Shown piece by piece: positions 37,427 through 49,454 of a DNA stretch of 64,000 nt. Position 1 is the stretch's first letter; each line of letters starts with the position of its first letter. A program made the translations under genes and the position numbers. Source of the stretch: an uncultured Actinomycetota bacterium (GTDB taxonomy: Bacteria > Actinomycetota > Actinomycetes > Propionibacteriales > Nocardioidaceae). Location of the stretch: assembly GCA_963848795.1 (NCBI GenBank), contig CAWKEX010000006.1, forward strand, positions 30,340 to 94,339, given 5' to 3'. The notes under the pieces are model-generated. The model had not been told where the DNA came from, did not search any database, and was given only the letters and a program-made list of their open reading frames with translations.

Positions 37427-38766
37427 ATGGCAGTCGTGACCATGCGCCAGCTGCTCGAGAGCGGCGTCCACTTCGGACACCAGACCCGACGCTGGAACCC
37501 CAAGATGAAGCGCTTCATCATGACCGAGCGCAACGGCATCTACATCATCGACCTGCAGCAGTCGCTGGCCTACATCGACCGCTCGTACGCCTTCATCAAG
37601 GAGACCGTCGCCAAGGGCGGCACCGTGATGTTCGTGGGCACCAAGAAGCAGGCCCAGGAGGCGATCGCCGAGCAGGCGACCCGGGTCGGCATGCCCTACG
37701 TCAACCAGCGCTGGCTGGGCGGCATGCTCACCAACTTCCAGACCGTGAACCAGCGGATCAACCGTCTCAAGGAGCTCGACGAGATCGACTTCGACGACGT
37801 GGCCGGCAGCAGCCGCACCAAGAAGGAGCTGCTGCAGATGCGTCGCGAGCGGGACAAGCTGAACAAGTCCCTCGGCGGCATCCGTGAGATGAGCCGGACC
37901 CCCGCGGCCGTGTGGATCGTCGACACGAACAAGGAGCACCTCGCCGTCGAGGAGGCGCGCAAGCTGCACATCCCGATCATCGGCATCCTGGACTCCAACT
38001 GCGACCCCGACCTGGTCGACTTCCCGATCCCGGGCAACGACGACGCCATCCGCGCGGTCGGCCTGCTGACCCGCGTGGTCGCCGACGCCGTCGCCGAGGG
38101 CCTGATCGCCCGCTCCGGCGCCAAGCCGGACCGAAGGTGCCGAGGCCGTCGGGGCCGAGGAGCCGCTGGCCGAGTGGGAGCGCGAGCTGCTCGGTGGCGA
38201 CGCCGACAAGGCCACCGCCCTGCCCGCAGAAGCTCGCCCGCGGCGGACAAGCCCGCCGACAAGTCGGCTGAGGAGAAGCCCGCGCCCGCCGCCGACGAAG
38301 ACCGTCGTCGAGACGGCAGTCGAGGCCACCGGGGGCGACGCCACTGCGACCGCCACCCCGGCGTCGGAGGCGACCGGTGCCGCATCCGAGGCACCCGAGG
38401 CCGACGCCGCTGCTGACGCTGCTGCCGAGGCTCCGGCGGCTCCGGCCAGCCGAGGCTCCGGCGGCTCCGGCCACCGAGGCTCCGGCCGCCGCGGAGCCGG
38501 CCGCTCCGGCACCGGCCGTCGACAAGAAGGACGAGCCGACCGCCGCTGCCGAGGGCGAGTTCGGCGCCGACTCGGCCGCCCCGCTCGAGGACGGCTCGGC
38601 TCCCGAGGGCTTCGACATCAAGGGCAACAAGACGTCGAAGAAGTTCCACGCCCCCAGCAGCCCGTGGTACGACCGCACCAACGCCGAGGTCTGGTTCCGC
38701 ACCCCGGAAGCTGCCGAGGCCGCGGGCTTCGTCAACGCCGAGTCCAAGTCCGACGCCTCCGCCTGA
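37427..38766 (+). CDS. rpsB: 30S ribosomal protein S2 with long acidic tail and apparent C-terminal sunset-type domain; tail frameshifted
   Basis: [45 protein letters not shown], then A/E/P-rich linker and [38 protein letters not shown]. Confidence 0.93.
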
Positions 38767-38817
38767 CCGAGGCGCGTCACCGGGACATCCACTCCAGAAC
38801 TTCGAGGAAGAAGGATC

Positions 38818-39630
38818 ATGGCTAACTTCTCCGCGGCCGATGTGAAGAAGCTCCGCGAGCTGACCGGCGCCGGCATGATGGACTGCAAGAAGGCGCTCGA
38901 GGAGGCCGACGGCGACTTCGACAAGGCCGTCGAGCTGCTCCGCGTCAAGGGTGCCGCCAAGGCCGCCAAGCGCGGCGCCGAGCGCGAGGCGTCGGCCGGC
39001 CTGGTCGCCACCTCCGGCGGCGCCCTGGTCGAGCTGAACTGCGAGACCGACTTCGTCGCCAAGGGCGAGGAATTCGTGGCCGTCGCCCAGCAGATCGCCG
39101 ACGCCGCCGACGCGGCGAAGGCCGCCGACGCCGAGACGCTCAAGGGCGTCAAGCTCGGGGACAAGACGGTCGAGGAGGTCGTCCAGCAGCTGGCGATCAC
39201 CATCGGTGAGAAGATCGAGCTCGGTCGGGTCGCCTACTTCGACGGCCCGAGCGTGGCCTACATGCACAAGCGCGCGGCCGACCTGCCGCCGGCGGTCGGC
39301 GTGCTCGTCGAGTACGACGGCAACGCTGACGCCGCCCGGACCGCCGCCATGCAGATCGCGGCGATGCGCCCGCAGTACCTCACCCGTGAGGACGTCCCGG
39401 CCGAGATCGTGGCCAAGGAGCGCGAGATCGCGGAGGCGACCTCACGCGAGGAGGGCAAGCCCGAGCAGGCGATCGCCAAGATCACCGAGGGCCGACTCAA
39501 CGGCTTCTTCAAGGACGTCGTTCTCCTCGAGCAGCCGTCGGTCACCGAGAACAAGAAGTCCGTCAAGGCCGTGCTCGACGAGGCCGGCGTGAAGCTGACG
39601 CGCTTCGCGCGTTTCGAGGTCGGCAGCTGA
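38818..39630 (+). CDS. tsf: elongation factor Ts
   Basis: [30 protein letters not shown]. Confidence 0.98.
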   Translation: MANFSAADVKKLRELTGAGMMDCKKALEEADGDFDKAVELLRVKGAAKAAKRGAEREASAGLVATSGGALVELNCETDFVAKGEEFVAVAQQIADAADAAKAADAETLKGVKLGDKTVEEVVQQLAITIGEKIELGRVAYFDGPSVAYMHKRAADLPPAVGVLVEYDGNADAARTAAMQIAAMRPQYLTREDVPAEIVAKEREIAEATSREEGKPEQAIAKITEGRLNGFFKDVVLLEQPSVTENKKSVKAVLDEAGVKLTRFARFEVGS

Positions 39631-40399
<769 letters not shown>

Positions 40400-40439
40400 C
40401 CGCGGACCGGCTCGCCGAACCCAGCGAAAGGGAACAGCC

Positions 40440-40997
40440 GTGATCAACGACATCCTCCACGAGGCCGACGACAAGATGAAGAAGTCGGTCGAGGCGACGC
40501 GTGAGGAGTTCGCGGCAATCCGGGCGGGACGCGCGCACCCGAGCATGTTCAGCAAGATCATGGTCGACTACTACGGCACCCCGACGCCGCTCCAGCAGCT
40601 GGCGTCGTTCACCTCTCCGGAGGCGCGGATCGTGCTGATCTCCCCTTACGACATGGGCGCGATCGGCAACATCGAACGCGCCATCCGCGACTCCGACCTC
40701 GGCGTGAACCCCGCCAACGACGGCAAGCTGCTGCGCTGCGTCTTCCCCGAGCTCACCGAGGAGCGCCGCAAGGAGTACATCAAGGTGGCCCGGGCCAAGG
40801 CCGAGGACGGCCGGGTCGCGGTGCGCAACCTGCGGCGTACGGCGAAGCACGGCCTCGACAAGCTCGAGAAGGACCACGAGGTCGGCCAGGACGACGTCAC
40901 CGGCGCGGAGAAGCGGCTCGACGGGATGACCAAGAAGCACACGGACGAGATCGACGAGATGCTCAAGAACAAGGAAGCCGAGCTCATCGAGGTCTGA
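40440..40997 (+). CDS. frr: ribosome recycling factor
   Basis: IRAGRAHP, VDYYGTPTPL, SDLGVNPANDG, PELTEERRKE. Confidence 0.97.
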   Translation: MINDILHEADDKMKKSVEATREEFAAIRAGRAHPSMFSKIMVDYYGTPTPLQQLASFTSPEARIVLISPYDMGAIGNIERAIRDSDLGVNPANDGKLLRCVFPELTEERRKEYIKVARAKAEDGRVAVRNLRRTAKHGLDKLEKDHEVGQDDVTGAEKRLDGMTKKHTDEIDEMLKNKEAELIEV

Positions 40998-41023
40998 GTG
41001 ACCACGAAGCGCGGCACATCCAC

Positions 41024-41890
41024 ATGACCGACCCCACCCCTGCCCCGCAGGTCGACCACGGCCGGGCAGGTCGCGACCTCCCGGTCGCCGTCGCCTCCGG
41101 GGTGGTGCTGCTGATCGGCATCGTCGGGTCGCTGGTCTTCTGGAAGACGGCCTTCATGCTGATCGTGGCCGGCGCGGTCCTGGTGGCGATCTGGGAGCTG
41201 CACAAGGGCTTCCTGGCCAAGGACATCGACATTCCCGAGCAGCCGCTGATGCTGGGTGGCGTGGTCATGGTGGTGGTGGCCTACTTCTTCGGGCCGGCCG
41301 CCCTGGTCACCGCCACCGCCGTGAGCGCCCTCGTCATCATGCTGTGGCTGCTGCGCCGCGGCGTCCCGGGTTACGTCCAGAACGCCACCGCCTCGGTGTT
41401 CACCCTGATCTACGTTCCGTTCCTGGGCTCGTTCGTGGCGCTGCTGCTGGCCGAGGGCGGCACCAGCGACTTCGACCGCTGGGACGACGGGGTGCGGGGG
41501 ATCCTCGTGTTCATCCTGGTCACGATCGCCTCCGACATCGGCGGCTACTTCGCGGGGGTGCTCTTCGGCCGGCACCCGATGGCCCCGGTCATCTCCCCGA
41601 AGAAGTCGTGGGAGGGCTTCGCCGGCTCCATCGCCTTCTGCGTGGCCGCCGGCTACGGCCTGGTCGTCTACTTCCTCGAGGGCGACTGGTGGGTCGGGAT
41701 CGCCCTCGGCCTGATCGCGGCGGTGATGGCGACGCTGGGCGACCTGTGCGAGTCGGTGATCAAGCGCGACCTCGGGATCAAGGACATGAGCCAGGTGATC
41801 CCGGGCCACGGCGGCCTGATGGACCGGCTCGACTCACTGCTGGCCACGATCGCGCCGGTCTGGCTGCTGCTGCACTACCTCGTCTTCTGA
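41024..41890 (+). CDS. cdsA: phosphatidate cytidylyltransferase
   Basis: SDIGGYFAG, ISPKKSWEG, GDLCESVIKRDLGIKD, PGHGGLMDRLDS. Confidence 0.96.
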   Translation: MTDPTPAPQVDHGRAGRDLPVAVASGVVLLIGIVGSLVFWKTAFMLIVAGAVLVAIWELHKGFLAKDIDIPEQPLMLGGVVMVVVAYFFGPAALVTATAVSALVIMLWLLRRGVPGYVQNATASVFTLIYVPFLGSFVALLLAEGGTSDFDRWDDGVRGILVFILVTIASDIGGYFAGVLFGRHPMAPVISPKKSWEGFAGSIAFCVAAGYGLVVYFLEGDWWVGIALGLIAAVMATLGDLCESVIKRDLGIKDMSQVIPGHGGLMDRLDSLLATIAPVWLLLHYLVF

Positions 41891-41911
41891 TGCTTCACCT
41901 CGCCGAATCGG

Positions 41912-41975
41912 GATAGTCCGTCACGAAATGGCTGCCGACACGCCGTCAGGCCGGAGCGTTTTGTGACGGACTATC
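41912..41975. repeat. palindromic intergenic repeat family A, copy 2
   Basis: GATAGTCCGTCACGAAA...CGACACGCCGTCAGG...TTTTGTGACGGACTATC between convergent cdsA and corA-like genes. Confidence 0.85.
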
Positions 41976-41987
41976 GGGAAAGGCGGG

Positions 41988-42969
41988 TCACCACCAGCCC
42001 TGGCGGCGAGCCCAGCGCAGCAGCAGCAGGCTGATCGCGAGCATCACGACGAGGGCGATCGCGAGCAGGACCGGGCTGGGTCTCCCCGTTCACGATCACG
42101 TTCATGCCCATGATCGAGGCGATGGCGGTGATCGGCAGGGTGACGGCCGCGATCACCGCCAGCCGCTCCATCGCGACGGTCATCTTCGTGTGCACCTTCG
42201 TCTGGTAGAGCTCGATCACGCCGAACAGGAACTGCGACTCGCCGTCGGCCAGCGACCGCACCCGCTCGAACTGCTCGGCGACGTCGCGGGCGAAGCCGGC
42301 GTCCTCGTCGTCGGGCAGCCGCTGGATGCCGGCCAGCCGGTCCCAGATGTCGTGGCACTGCGCCGCCATCGTGCGCGTCGTGATCAGCTCGTGGCGGATC
42401 AGGAACATGGTCTCCAGCAGCGCCTCGGGGTTGCGCAGCTGAGAGGTCATCACGGACTGCTCCAGGCCGGGAAGCTTCTCGGCGACCTGGCGGATCACGC
42501 CGCTCTGCCGGCGTGCCACCGCCGACGTGATGGCGTAGGAGAGCTCGGCGGGCGACCTGGGCCGGAACCGGCCTTCCTCGATCCGGGCCAGGACGCCGGC
42601 GGTCTCGACCAGGGCCTGGGCGGACTCGACGTCGGGGTTGATCGGCCCGTGGACGGTGACGAGGTAGTGGCCGCCGATGATCTGGTCGAGCTCCAGGAGG
42701 TGCACGTGACCGGCGTCCCCGAGGAACGGCGACTGCGTCGTCACGAAGACGTGGTCGGAGTACCCGTGCACGGTGGGCACGTAGTTGCGCTGGCGACAGC
42801 CGGCGACGACCAGGGGGTGGCAGCCGAGGCTCTCGAGCACCGCCTCGGCCTGGTCGCTCCAGCTCGGTACGTCGACCCAGACGAAGCCGTCCTGGCGCTC
42901 GAACAACCCGGCCGCGTCGTCGGACGAGCGCGGATGGGCCCCGTCGGCGTCCAGGAAGCGCACCTCCAT
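41988..42969 (-). CDS. CorA-family divalent cation transporter; frameshift in last TM segment
   Basis: FVWVDV, YLVTVH, MERLAVIAAVTLPITAIASIMGMN (GMN motif). Confidence 0.88.
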
Positions 42970-43069
42970 GGACCCAGCGTGGCGGCGCCTGCGCCGCGCG
43001 GCAAGGCACGCACCCGCCCGGACGGGGCGGTGCCGGGTCCGGACGCGGTGATCTGGGAGGATCGTCCCG

Positions 43070-43447
43070 ATGACGACGGAGCAGACCCCGCAGGAGACCC
43101 CCAGTCAGCGCACCGCCGGGCAGGAGCCCGTGGGCGAGTCGCCGGACTGGTGGCACGGCGACCACTCGACGTTCATCGCCCTGGCCGGCTTCTTCTCCGG
43201 CATGCTCTGCGTGACGCTCGTGCCGGGCGCCTACGCCGGGATCCTGCGGTTGCTCTTCCAGTACGACACGGCCGAGCGGCTCTTCCCCTACATCCTGGCC
43301 ATCCTGGCCGCGCCGGTCGTCCTGGTCGCCGTGCCACGCACCCGCCGGTTCGGCACCTACATGCTCATCGGCATGGGCCTGACCCTCTTGGTGGTCCTCG
43401 GGGTCGCCTCGCTGGTGCTCTACTTCATGGTCCGTTCGCAGGGCTGA
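43070..43447 (+). CDS. small membrane protein (about 3 TM helices)
   Basis: [17 protein letters not shown], hydrophobic segments. Confidence 0.7.
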   Translation: MTTEQTPQETPSQRTAGQEPVGESPDWWHGDHSTFIALAGFFSGMLCVTLVPGAYAGILRLLFQYDTAERLFPYILAILAAPVVLVAVPRTRRFGTYMLIGMGLTLLVVLGVASLVLYFMVRSQG

Positions 43448-43502
43448 GCCCCACCCACGACGATTCGGGCAGCGCCGCTGGGGATGGGATGATCGGGGCC
43501 TG

Positions 43503-44663
43503 ATGTCCGACAGCCCCGCCCCCCGACCCGACGACGCGCCCGGCGCCTCCAGGCCGCTGCCGCTGGTGTTCGAGGAGCCCCGGGGTCGCCGCAAGCCGCC
43601 CCGCCACCTGGCCGACCTGACGGCCGACGAGCGCGCCGACGTGGCCGGCGACCTGGGACACCCCCGCTTCCGGGCCCGGCAGCTGTCGACCCACTACTTC
43701 TCGCGGCTGGTCGACGAGCCCGACCAGATGACCGACCTTCCGGCGGACGGGCGCGAGGAGCTGGTCGCGGCGCTCCTGCCCCCGCTGATGACGCCGCTGC
43801 GCACGATGGAGGCCGACCGCGGGACCACCCGCAAGACACTCTGGCGGCTGTTCGACGGCGCCCTGGTCGAGTCGGTGCTGATGCGGTACCCCGGCCGGGT
43901 CACGATGTGCGTCTCGAGCCAGGCCGGCTGCGGCATGGCGTGCCCGTTCTGCGCGACCGGGCAGGGCGGCCTCCAGCGCAACATGTCGACCGCCGAGATC
44001 GTCGAGCAGGTGGTGGCCGGAGCGCGGGCGCTGGCACGTGGTGAGGTCCCCGGCGGTCCGGGCCGTGTCTCCAACGTCGTCTTCATGGGCATGGGGGAGC
44101 CCCTGGCCAACTATCGGGCCGTCATGGGCGCCGTACGCCGGCTCACCGACCCCGCCCCCGACGGCCTCGGCATGTCGGCCCGGGGCGTGACGGTGTCGAC
44201 CGTCGGGCTCGTCCCACGGATCCGGCAGCTCACCGAGGAGGGCATCCCGGTGACCCTCGCCCTGTCCCTCCACGCGCCCGACGACGAGCTGCGCAACGAG
44301 CTGGTGCCGATCAACACCCGCTTCTCGGTGGCCGAGAGCGTCGAGGCGGCGTGGAACTACGCGCGGGTGACCCGACGCCGGGTCTCGATCGAGTACGCCA
44401 TGATGCGCGGCATCAACGACCAGGCGTGGCGGGCCGACCTGCTCGGCGACGTCCTCAACTCGTACGGCGACTGGGGCTGGGTGCACGTGAACCTGATCCC
44501 GCTCAACCCGACCCCCGGCTCGAAGTGGACCGCGTCGGACCCGGCGGACGAGCGCGAGTTCGTGCGCCGGCTCGAGGCGAAGGGGATCCCCACCACCGTG
44601 CGCGACACCCGGGGTCGCGAGATCGACGGCGCCTGCGGCCAGCTGGCCGCCACCGAGGCCTGA
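43503..44663 (+). CDS. rlmN: 23S rRNA m2A2503 / tRNA methyltransferase RlmN
   Basis: Radical SAM motif [38 protein letters not shown]. Confidence 0.97.
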   Translation: MSDSPAPRPDDAPGASRPLPLVFEEPRGRRKPPRHLADLTADERADVAGDLGHPRFRARQLSTHYFSRLVDEPDQMTDLPADGREELVAALLPPLMTPLRTMEADRGTTRKTLWRLFDGALVESVLMRYPGRVTMCVSSQAGCGMACPFCATGQGGLQRNMSTAEIVEQVVAGARALARGEVPGGPGRVSNVVFMGMGEPLANYRAVMGAVRRLTDPAPDGLGMSARGVTVSTVGLVPRIRQLTEEGIPVTLALSLHAPDDELRNELVPINTRFSVAESVEAAWNYARVTRRRVSIEYAMMRGINDQAWRADLLGDVLNSYGDWGWVHVNLIPLNPTPGSKWTASDPADEREFVRRLEAKGIPTTVRDTRGREIDGACGQLAATEA

Positions 44664-44669
44664 CGGCCC

Positions 44670-46388
44670 TCAGCTCAGGAACGCCGGCGCCTGGACCAGC
44701 AGCTCGACGTTGCGATCAGTCCGCGCACCGCGGCGGTCCTGGTCCCGCTCCTGCCAGTCGTTGGCCGCCAGCTCGCGGGCCAGCGAGGCCAGGGGCATCG
44801 GCCCGTCCAGCCGGCCGGCGTTGGACAGCGGGGCTCCGTGGTCGACCATCGTGGCGAAGATCGACAGGGTGCCGTCGCGGTTGTCGGTGACCTCGATCAG
44901 CCGCGCCTGCTGGGGCCAGTCGATGTGGGAGGCGGTGTTGATCTCCCAGAAGCCGCCGCCACCTTCCCGCTGGTGCGCCCAGATGTTGTTGGAGTGGGTG
45001 TGCCCGTTGACCCAGGCGATGACGTTGCGGTGCCCGAGCAGCTCCGCGACCACCTCGTCGCCGAGGACGCGCGGCTCCGGGTCGCCGCCGGTGCCGACGA
45101 GGGGGTTGTCCATCGTGTTCGCGCGTGTGGTGGCTCGCGACCACGACCAGCCGTCCGGCCGCGGCCTGCAGCTGCTCCTGGAGCCACACGAACTGCGTCT
45201 GGTCGAGCGAGCCGTTGGCCTCGCCGTTGGGGTTGACGGTGTCGAGGACGATGAAGCGCAGGAGACCGCGGTCGAAGGTGTAGTACGCCGTGCCGTCGGC
45301 GCGGTTGGTCTCGGTGAAGCCGTGGCCGACCGGAGCGCCGGTGGTGGTGAAGTGCTCCTCGACGACCTCGGCCCGCTGCAGGAGCCGGCGATCGGGGTCG
45401 GGCGTGACCTGCCGGACGTGCGGGGTGGCGGCGAAGGCCGCGACGAAGTCGGCGTAGTTGCCGCGCAGCGCGTTCAGCACGTCGGCCTGGCTGACGCCCG
45501 TGGGTGGCGAGATCATCTTCAGTGGCCCGACCGCGACGGTGTTCAGCTGCATGGTCGACGGGAAGTTGCCCTGCGCGAGTGGGTCGTGGTTGCCGAGGGC
45601 GGTGTACCACGGCATGCCGAGCCCGCGGGCCTGGAAGGGACGGCGGGCCGCGTCGAGCAGACCGGGCACCTCGGGGAAGCCGTAGGTGCTGCGCGGCTGG
45701 TCGTCCTCCTTGCCCTCCGGGGTGCCGTCGGGGTGCCAGTAGTGGGTGTCGTAGTAGGTCGGGTCGCCGTCCATGACGCCCTCGTACCGGGACAGGTCGC
45801 CCGAGTCGGCGCGGACCTCCCCGCCGTCGAGGACGTCGATGTTCCAGCGGATCTCGTTGTACTGGGAGTTGTCGGAGTTGTCGCCGGTCTGGATCGCGAA
45901 CGCGAGCGGCTTCCCGGTGACCGGGCCCGCCCCGATCTGGTTGATCTCCCGGACCATCGCCTCGACGATCTGGGCGGTGAGCACCTCCTGCGGACGGTAG
46001 GCCGATCCGAAGATCCCCGGTGTCGGGTCGCCGGGCTCGTCCTCGTCGTCGTACCGGTCGACGTACTCCACCCGCATCGGCGACTGGGCGTCGAGGATGT
46101 GCACGTCGCTGAGCTGCGCGAACGCGAGGAGCGGCTTGCGGCGGGCGTCGCGACCCCGCCGGGCGCGGGCGCCGAGGTCGGTGCGTACGACGTGGGGCTC
46201 GCCGTCGGCCCGGACGATCGGCCGGTAGCCCCCCGTTCCCGCCGGTCCCTTGCGCAGCGTCGCGGTCGAGCGTGGTCCGACCTCGCGCGCCGACTCCGGC
46301 CACGGCCTCGGCCGCCAGCCCGCCGACGACCGCGCGCGCCGCCGACGGCGCCGGCGGCTCGGAACAGGTCTCGACGGGTGAGCTTCAT
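44670..46388 (-). CDS. Tat-exported metallophosphoesterase (TIGR03767-like); frameshifted
   Basis: Twin-Arg signal MKLTRRDLF; SDVHILD, QTGDNSD, LGNHD, SHH, WVNGHTH, WEINTASHIDWPQQ. Confidence 0.85.
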
Positions 46389-46418
46389 GCGGGGTTCAAC
46401 GAGCAGCCGGGGAGGTTG

Positions 46419-47507
46419 TCACGCGCCCAGCACGTGAGCTGCTTCCTCGACGGTGTCGACGAGGTGCACGAAGGGCTCCATGGTGCGGCCGCGGGCCAGG
46501 GCGGTCAGGAGTGGCCAGGCCGGCACCTCGCGCGTCCAGTACGCCGAGCCCACCAGCACCATCGGCGCCACCGCCGACTCGTCGGCGTAGTAGTTCTCGC
46601 AGGCGTCCTGGAAGATCTCCTGGACCGTCCCGCCGGCCCCCGGCAGGAACACGATGCCGGCGTCGCAGACCTGCAGCAGGATCGCCTCGCGGGAGGCGTT
46701 GCGGAAGTACTTCGCGATCGCGGTCGCGAACACGTTCGGAGGCTCGTGGCCGTAGTGCCAGGTCGGGATGCCGAGCGACTCCCGGCCGTCCGGGAAGAGG
46801 TCGAGCACCTCGAAGGCGGCGTCGGCCCACGCCCGGACCGACGGACGGAACGACGGCACCGGCTCGAGCCTGGCCACGGCTTCGTCCAGCGCCCCGATCG
46901 CGTGCCCCGACAGGTAGGCGCCGAGGTTCGCCGCCTCCATCGCACCCGGCCCGCCACCGGTGGCCACGACCAGGGCCGAGCCGAGGCGCCACGCGAGCCG
47001 TGCCGCGTCGGCGTACGCCGTCTCGTCCCGGGCCAGCGCGTGGCCGCCCATGAGCCCCACCCGTGGTTTCCGGCTGCTGGCCAGCCAGTCGGCGAGAGCC
47101 ACGTCGATCGCATGGTCGTGGAGGGTCCGGGCCAGCAGCGCATCCTGGTCGTCGTGCTCCTGCGACCAGCCGTAGGCACGGGCGTCGAGCGAGTCGGGGT
47201 AGGCCGCGGCGTCGTAGAGCTCGCGGGGGGAGTAGAGGGAGCCCCGGTAGGCGTCGACCGGCACGTCGGGGATCGCCGGGAACACGATCGCCCCGCGGGC
47301 CTCGACCTCCGACTCGACGCCGGGCGCGAAGCGACACCCCAGGAACGTCGCACCCGTGACGTCGCAGGCGCGCAGCTGCTCCCCGCGGTCGGCGAGGTCG
47401 ACCGAGCTCACCCGCCAGCCGTTCATCGAGTGCGACCCGGCGGCGAGCCGTCGGTCCAGCTCGGCCAGCGACTCGACCTCGACGACGCGTCCCCTCGTGT
47501 GCCTCAC
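46419..47507 (-). CDS. LOG-family (SLOG) nucleotide-binding protein
   Basis: GLMGGH, ATGGGPGAMEAANLGA, IPTWHYGHEP, KYFRNASRE, PGAGGTVQEIFQ. Confidence 0.85.
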   Translation of the reverse strand: MRHTRGRVVEVESLAELDRRLAAGSHSMNGWRVSSVDLADRGEQLRACDVTGATFLGCRFAPGVESEVEARGAIVFPAIPDVPVDAYRGSLYSPRELYDAAAYPDSLDARAYGWSQEHDDQDALLARTLHDHAIDVALADWLASSRKPRVGLMGGHALARDETAYADAARLAWRLGSALVVATGGGPGAMEAANLGAYLSGHAIGALDEAVARLEPVPSFRPSVRAWADAAFEVLDLFPDGRESLGIPTWHYGHEPPNVFATAIAKYFRNASREAILLQVCDAGIVFLPGAGGTVQEIFQDACENYYADESAVAPMVLVGSAYWTREVPAWPLLTALARGRTMEPFVHLVDTVEEAAHVLGA

Positions 47508-47526
47508 TCGCGCCAAGTTAGCGGCT

Positions 47527-47628
47527 GGGTTTCGACGCACCTGCCGCGACCTCGGTCCTCGGTCGCGAGGTTTGCTCAACCTGGCTGAGCCCACGCGACG
47601 CGCTCGTGCCTCGCGCGCCGCTGCTCAG
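47527..47628 (-). repeat. intergenic repeat family B, copy 1
   Basis: Reverse complement aligns with 57049-57146 (CTGAGCAGCG...GCGTGGGCTCAG.CAGGTTGAGCA...GCGTCGAAACCC). Confidence 0.85.
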
Positions 47629-47629
47629 C

Positions 47630-48521
47630 TCAGAACGCGTGGGCCAGCAGCTCCGCGAACAGGTCGTGCTCGTCGACCTCCAGGCCGCGGGCCCGGAACC
47701 ACGTGCACACGTTCGTGCAGTCACGCATCAGGAAGTCCGGTCCGGCCGGGTTGCCCACGAGGTCGACCACCTGCGGCAGGTCGATGACCACCAGGCGTTC
47801 GCCCGCCGCGAGGATGTTGTACGGCGAGAGGTCGCCGTGGACGATCCCGTGCCGGGCCAGCTCGGCCAGGACGTCGCGCACCTGCGCGAAGTAGGACTCC
47901 AGCAGGTCACGGGCGGGCCGGGTCTGGGCCAGCCGGGGTGCCGAGTCGCCGTCGTGCGGTGATCCACTCCATCAGCAGCTCCGTGCCGTCGATCTGCACG
48001 GGGTAGGGGACCGGCAGCCCGAGCGACCAGAGTCGCTTGAGCGACTCCCACTCCGCCCAGGCCCACTGGCCCGCGGCGACCGCCCGGCCGTGGGCGGTCT
48101 TCTTCGCCAGCGCCCTCGTGTCCCGGCTGTTGCGGGTCCGGCGACCCTCGGTGTAGGCGGCCGAGCGGTGGAAGGTGCGGTGCTCCTCGCTGCGGTAGCG
48201 CTTCGCGGCCATCACCGCCGAGGGGCCGTCGGGCACGGCTCGCTCGAGGAGGTAGACGTCGGCCTCCTTGCCGGTCTTGAGGATGCCCAGGTCGGTGTCG
48301 ACCGCCGCCTGGGAGGTGACGACCCAGTCGGGGCGCGGCTCCGGTCCGCGGCAGAGGGGTTCGACGCTGTGCCACGTGGACCAGCGCTGGTCGGTGTCGT
48401 CGGGGTCGTCGTACGCCCGGAAGTCGAAGACGAACGAGCGGTCGATCCCGTCGAGACGGGTGTCTGTCGGCTCGTCAGTGACGAGCGGGCCCGGGAAGGG
48501 CCGGGTGGTGTCGTGAGACAT
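47630..48521 (-). CDS. RIO1-family Ser/Thr protein kinase; one frameshift
   Basis: LKTGKEADV, AAKRYR, PVPYPVQ, LLMEWI, VHGDLSPYNIL, IDLPQ. Confidence 0.9.
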
Positions 48522-48674
48522 CGCGATTGGTGCTCCGTGTCGGTGAGAGGGGCTGGACTGCGGACAGGCCAACGACAGTGGTCGTCATGTCACTGCTCCT
48601 CTCGGTCGATCGGGCACCCGCGGTCACGGGCCGATCATGATCGTGACGGACCCGGTCGACGCGGCGCAACCGAA

Positions 48675-49441
48675 TTACCGGCGCAGCCGCACCGACAGGC
48701 AGGTCACGCAGCCCTCGAGCTTCTCGAACTCCCCGATGTCGACGGTGACCACCCGCAGTCCGCGCTCCTCGAAGAGCGCTCGCGACTTCGGTGCGGCGCT
48801 GGACATCAGCACGGTGTCGCCACCGAGGAGTACGACGTGCGAGCCCGGCTCCTCCGGCACCGGCTGGAACGTGTCCCAGGCCGCCACGTCGTCCACCAGC
48901 GGTTCGTAACCGACGACCGTGCCGTCGGGCAGGGCGGTGACCGCCGACTTCAGGTGCAGCACCCGGCTCACGGGTACGCCCACGACCTCCGCGCCCAGCG
49001 GGCCGAGGAGGTCGGCGAGCTGGTCGAGGCCGGCTTGGTTGGTGCGTCCGCCGAGACCGACCCAGACCTTGCCGTCGTGCTTGAGGACGTCGCCCCCGTC
49101 GAGGGTGCCCGGCTCCTCGATCCGGGCGATCCGGTAGCCGAGACCGGCGAGGGTCTGCTCGGTCCCTGGCGTCTCCGGCCTGCGCTCGACGGCACCGGGC
49201 CGGCTGATCACCGCGAGGTCGTCGTACACCACCACGGTGTCCTCGACGAACGCCGAGTCCGGGCAGTCCTCGGCGGCCGGGACCTCGGTCGATCTCCCAG
49301 CCCTCGGCGGCCAGGGCGGCGACGTACCCCTCCCACTGCCGCATCGCGAGGCCCGGCGTCGACGGGCGTGCGGTCGAGGTGGGTGAGCAGGCCGTCCGCC
49401 AGTCGGGGGCTCGGACGACGGACCAGAGCGCGAAGGGTCAT
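48675..49441 (-). CDS. dimethylargininase (DDAH); frameshifted
   Basis: ALVRRPSPRLADGLLTH, PDSAFVEDT, LDGGDVL, LHLKSAVT, EFEKLEGCVTCLSV. Confidence 0.88.
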
Positions 49442-49454
49442 GGCCGGAATCCTC

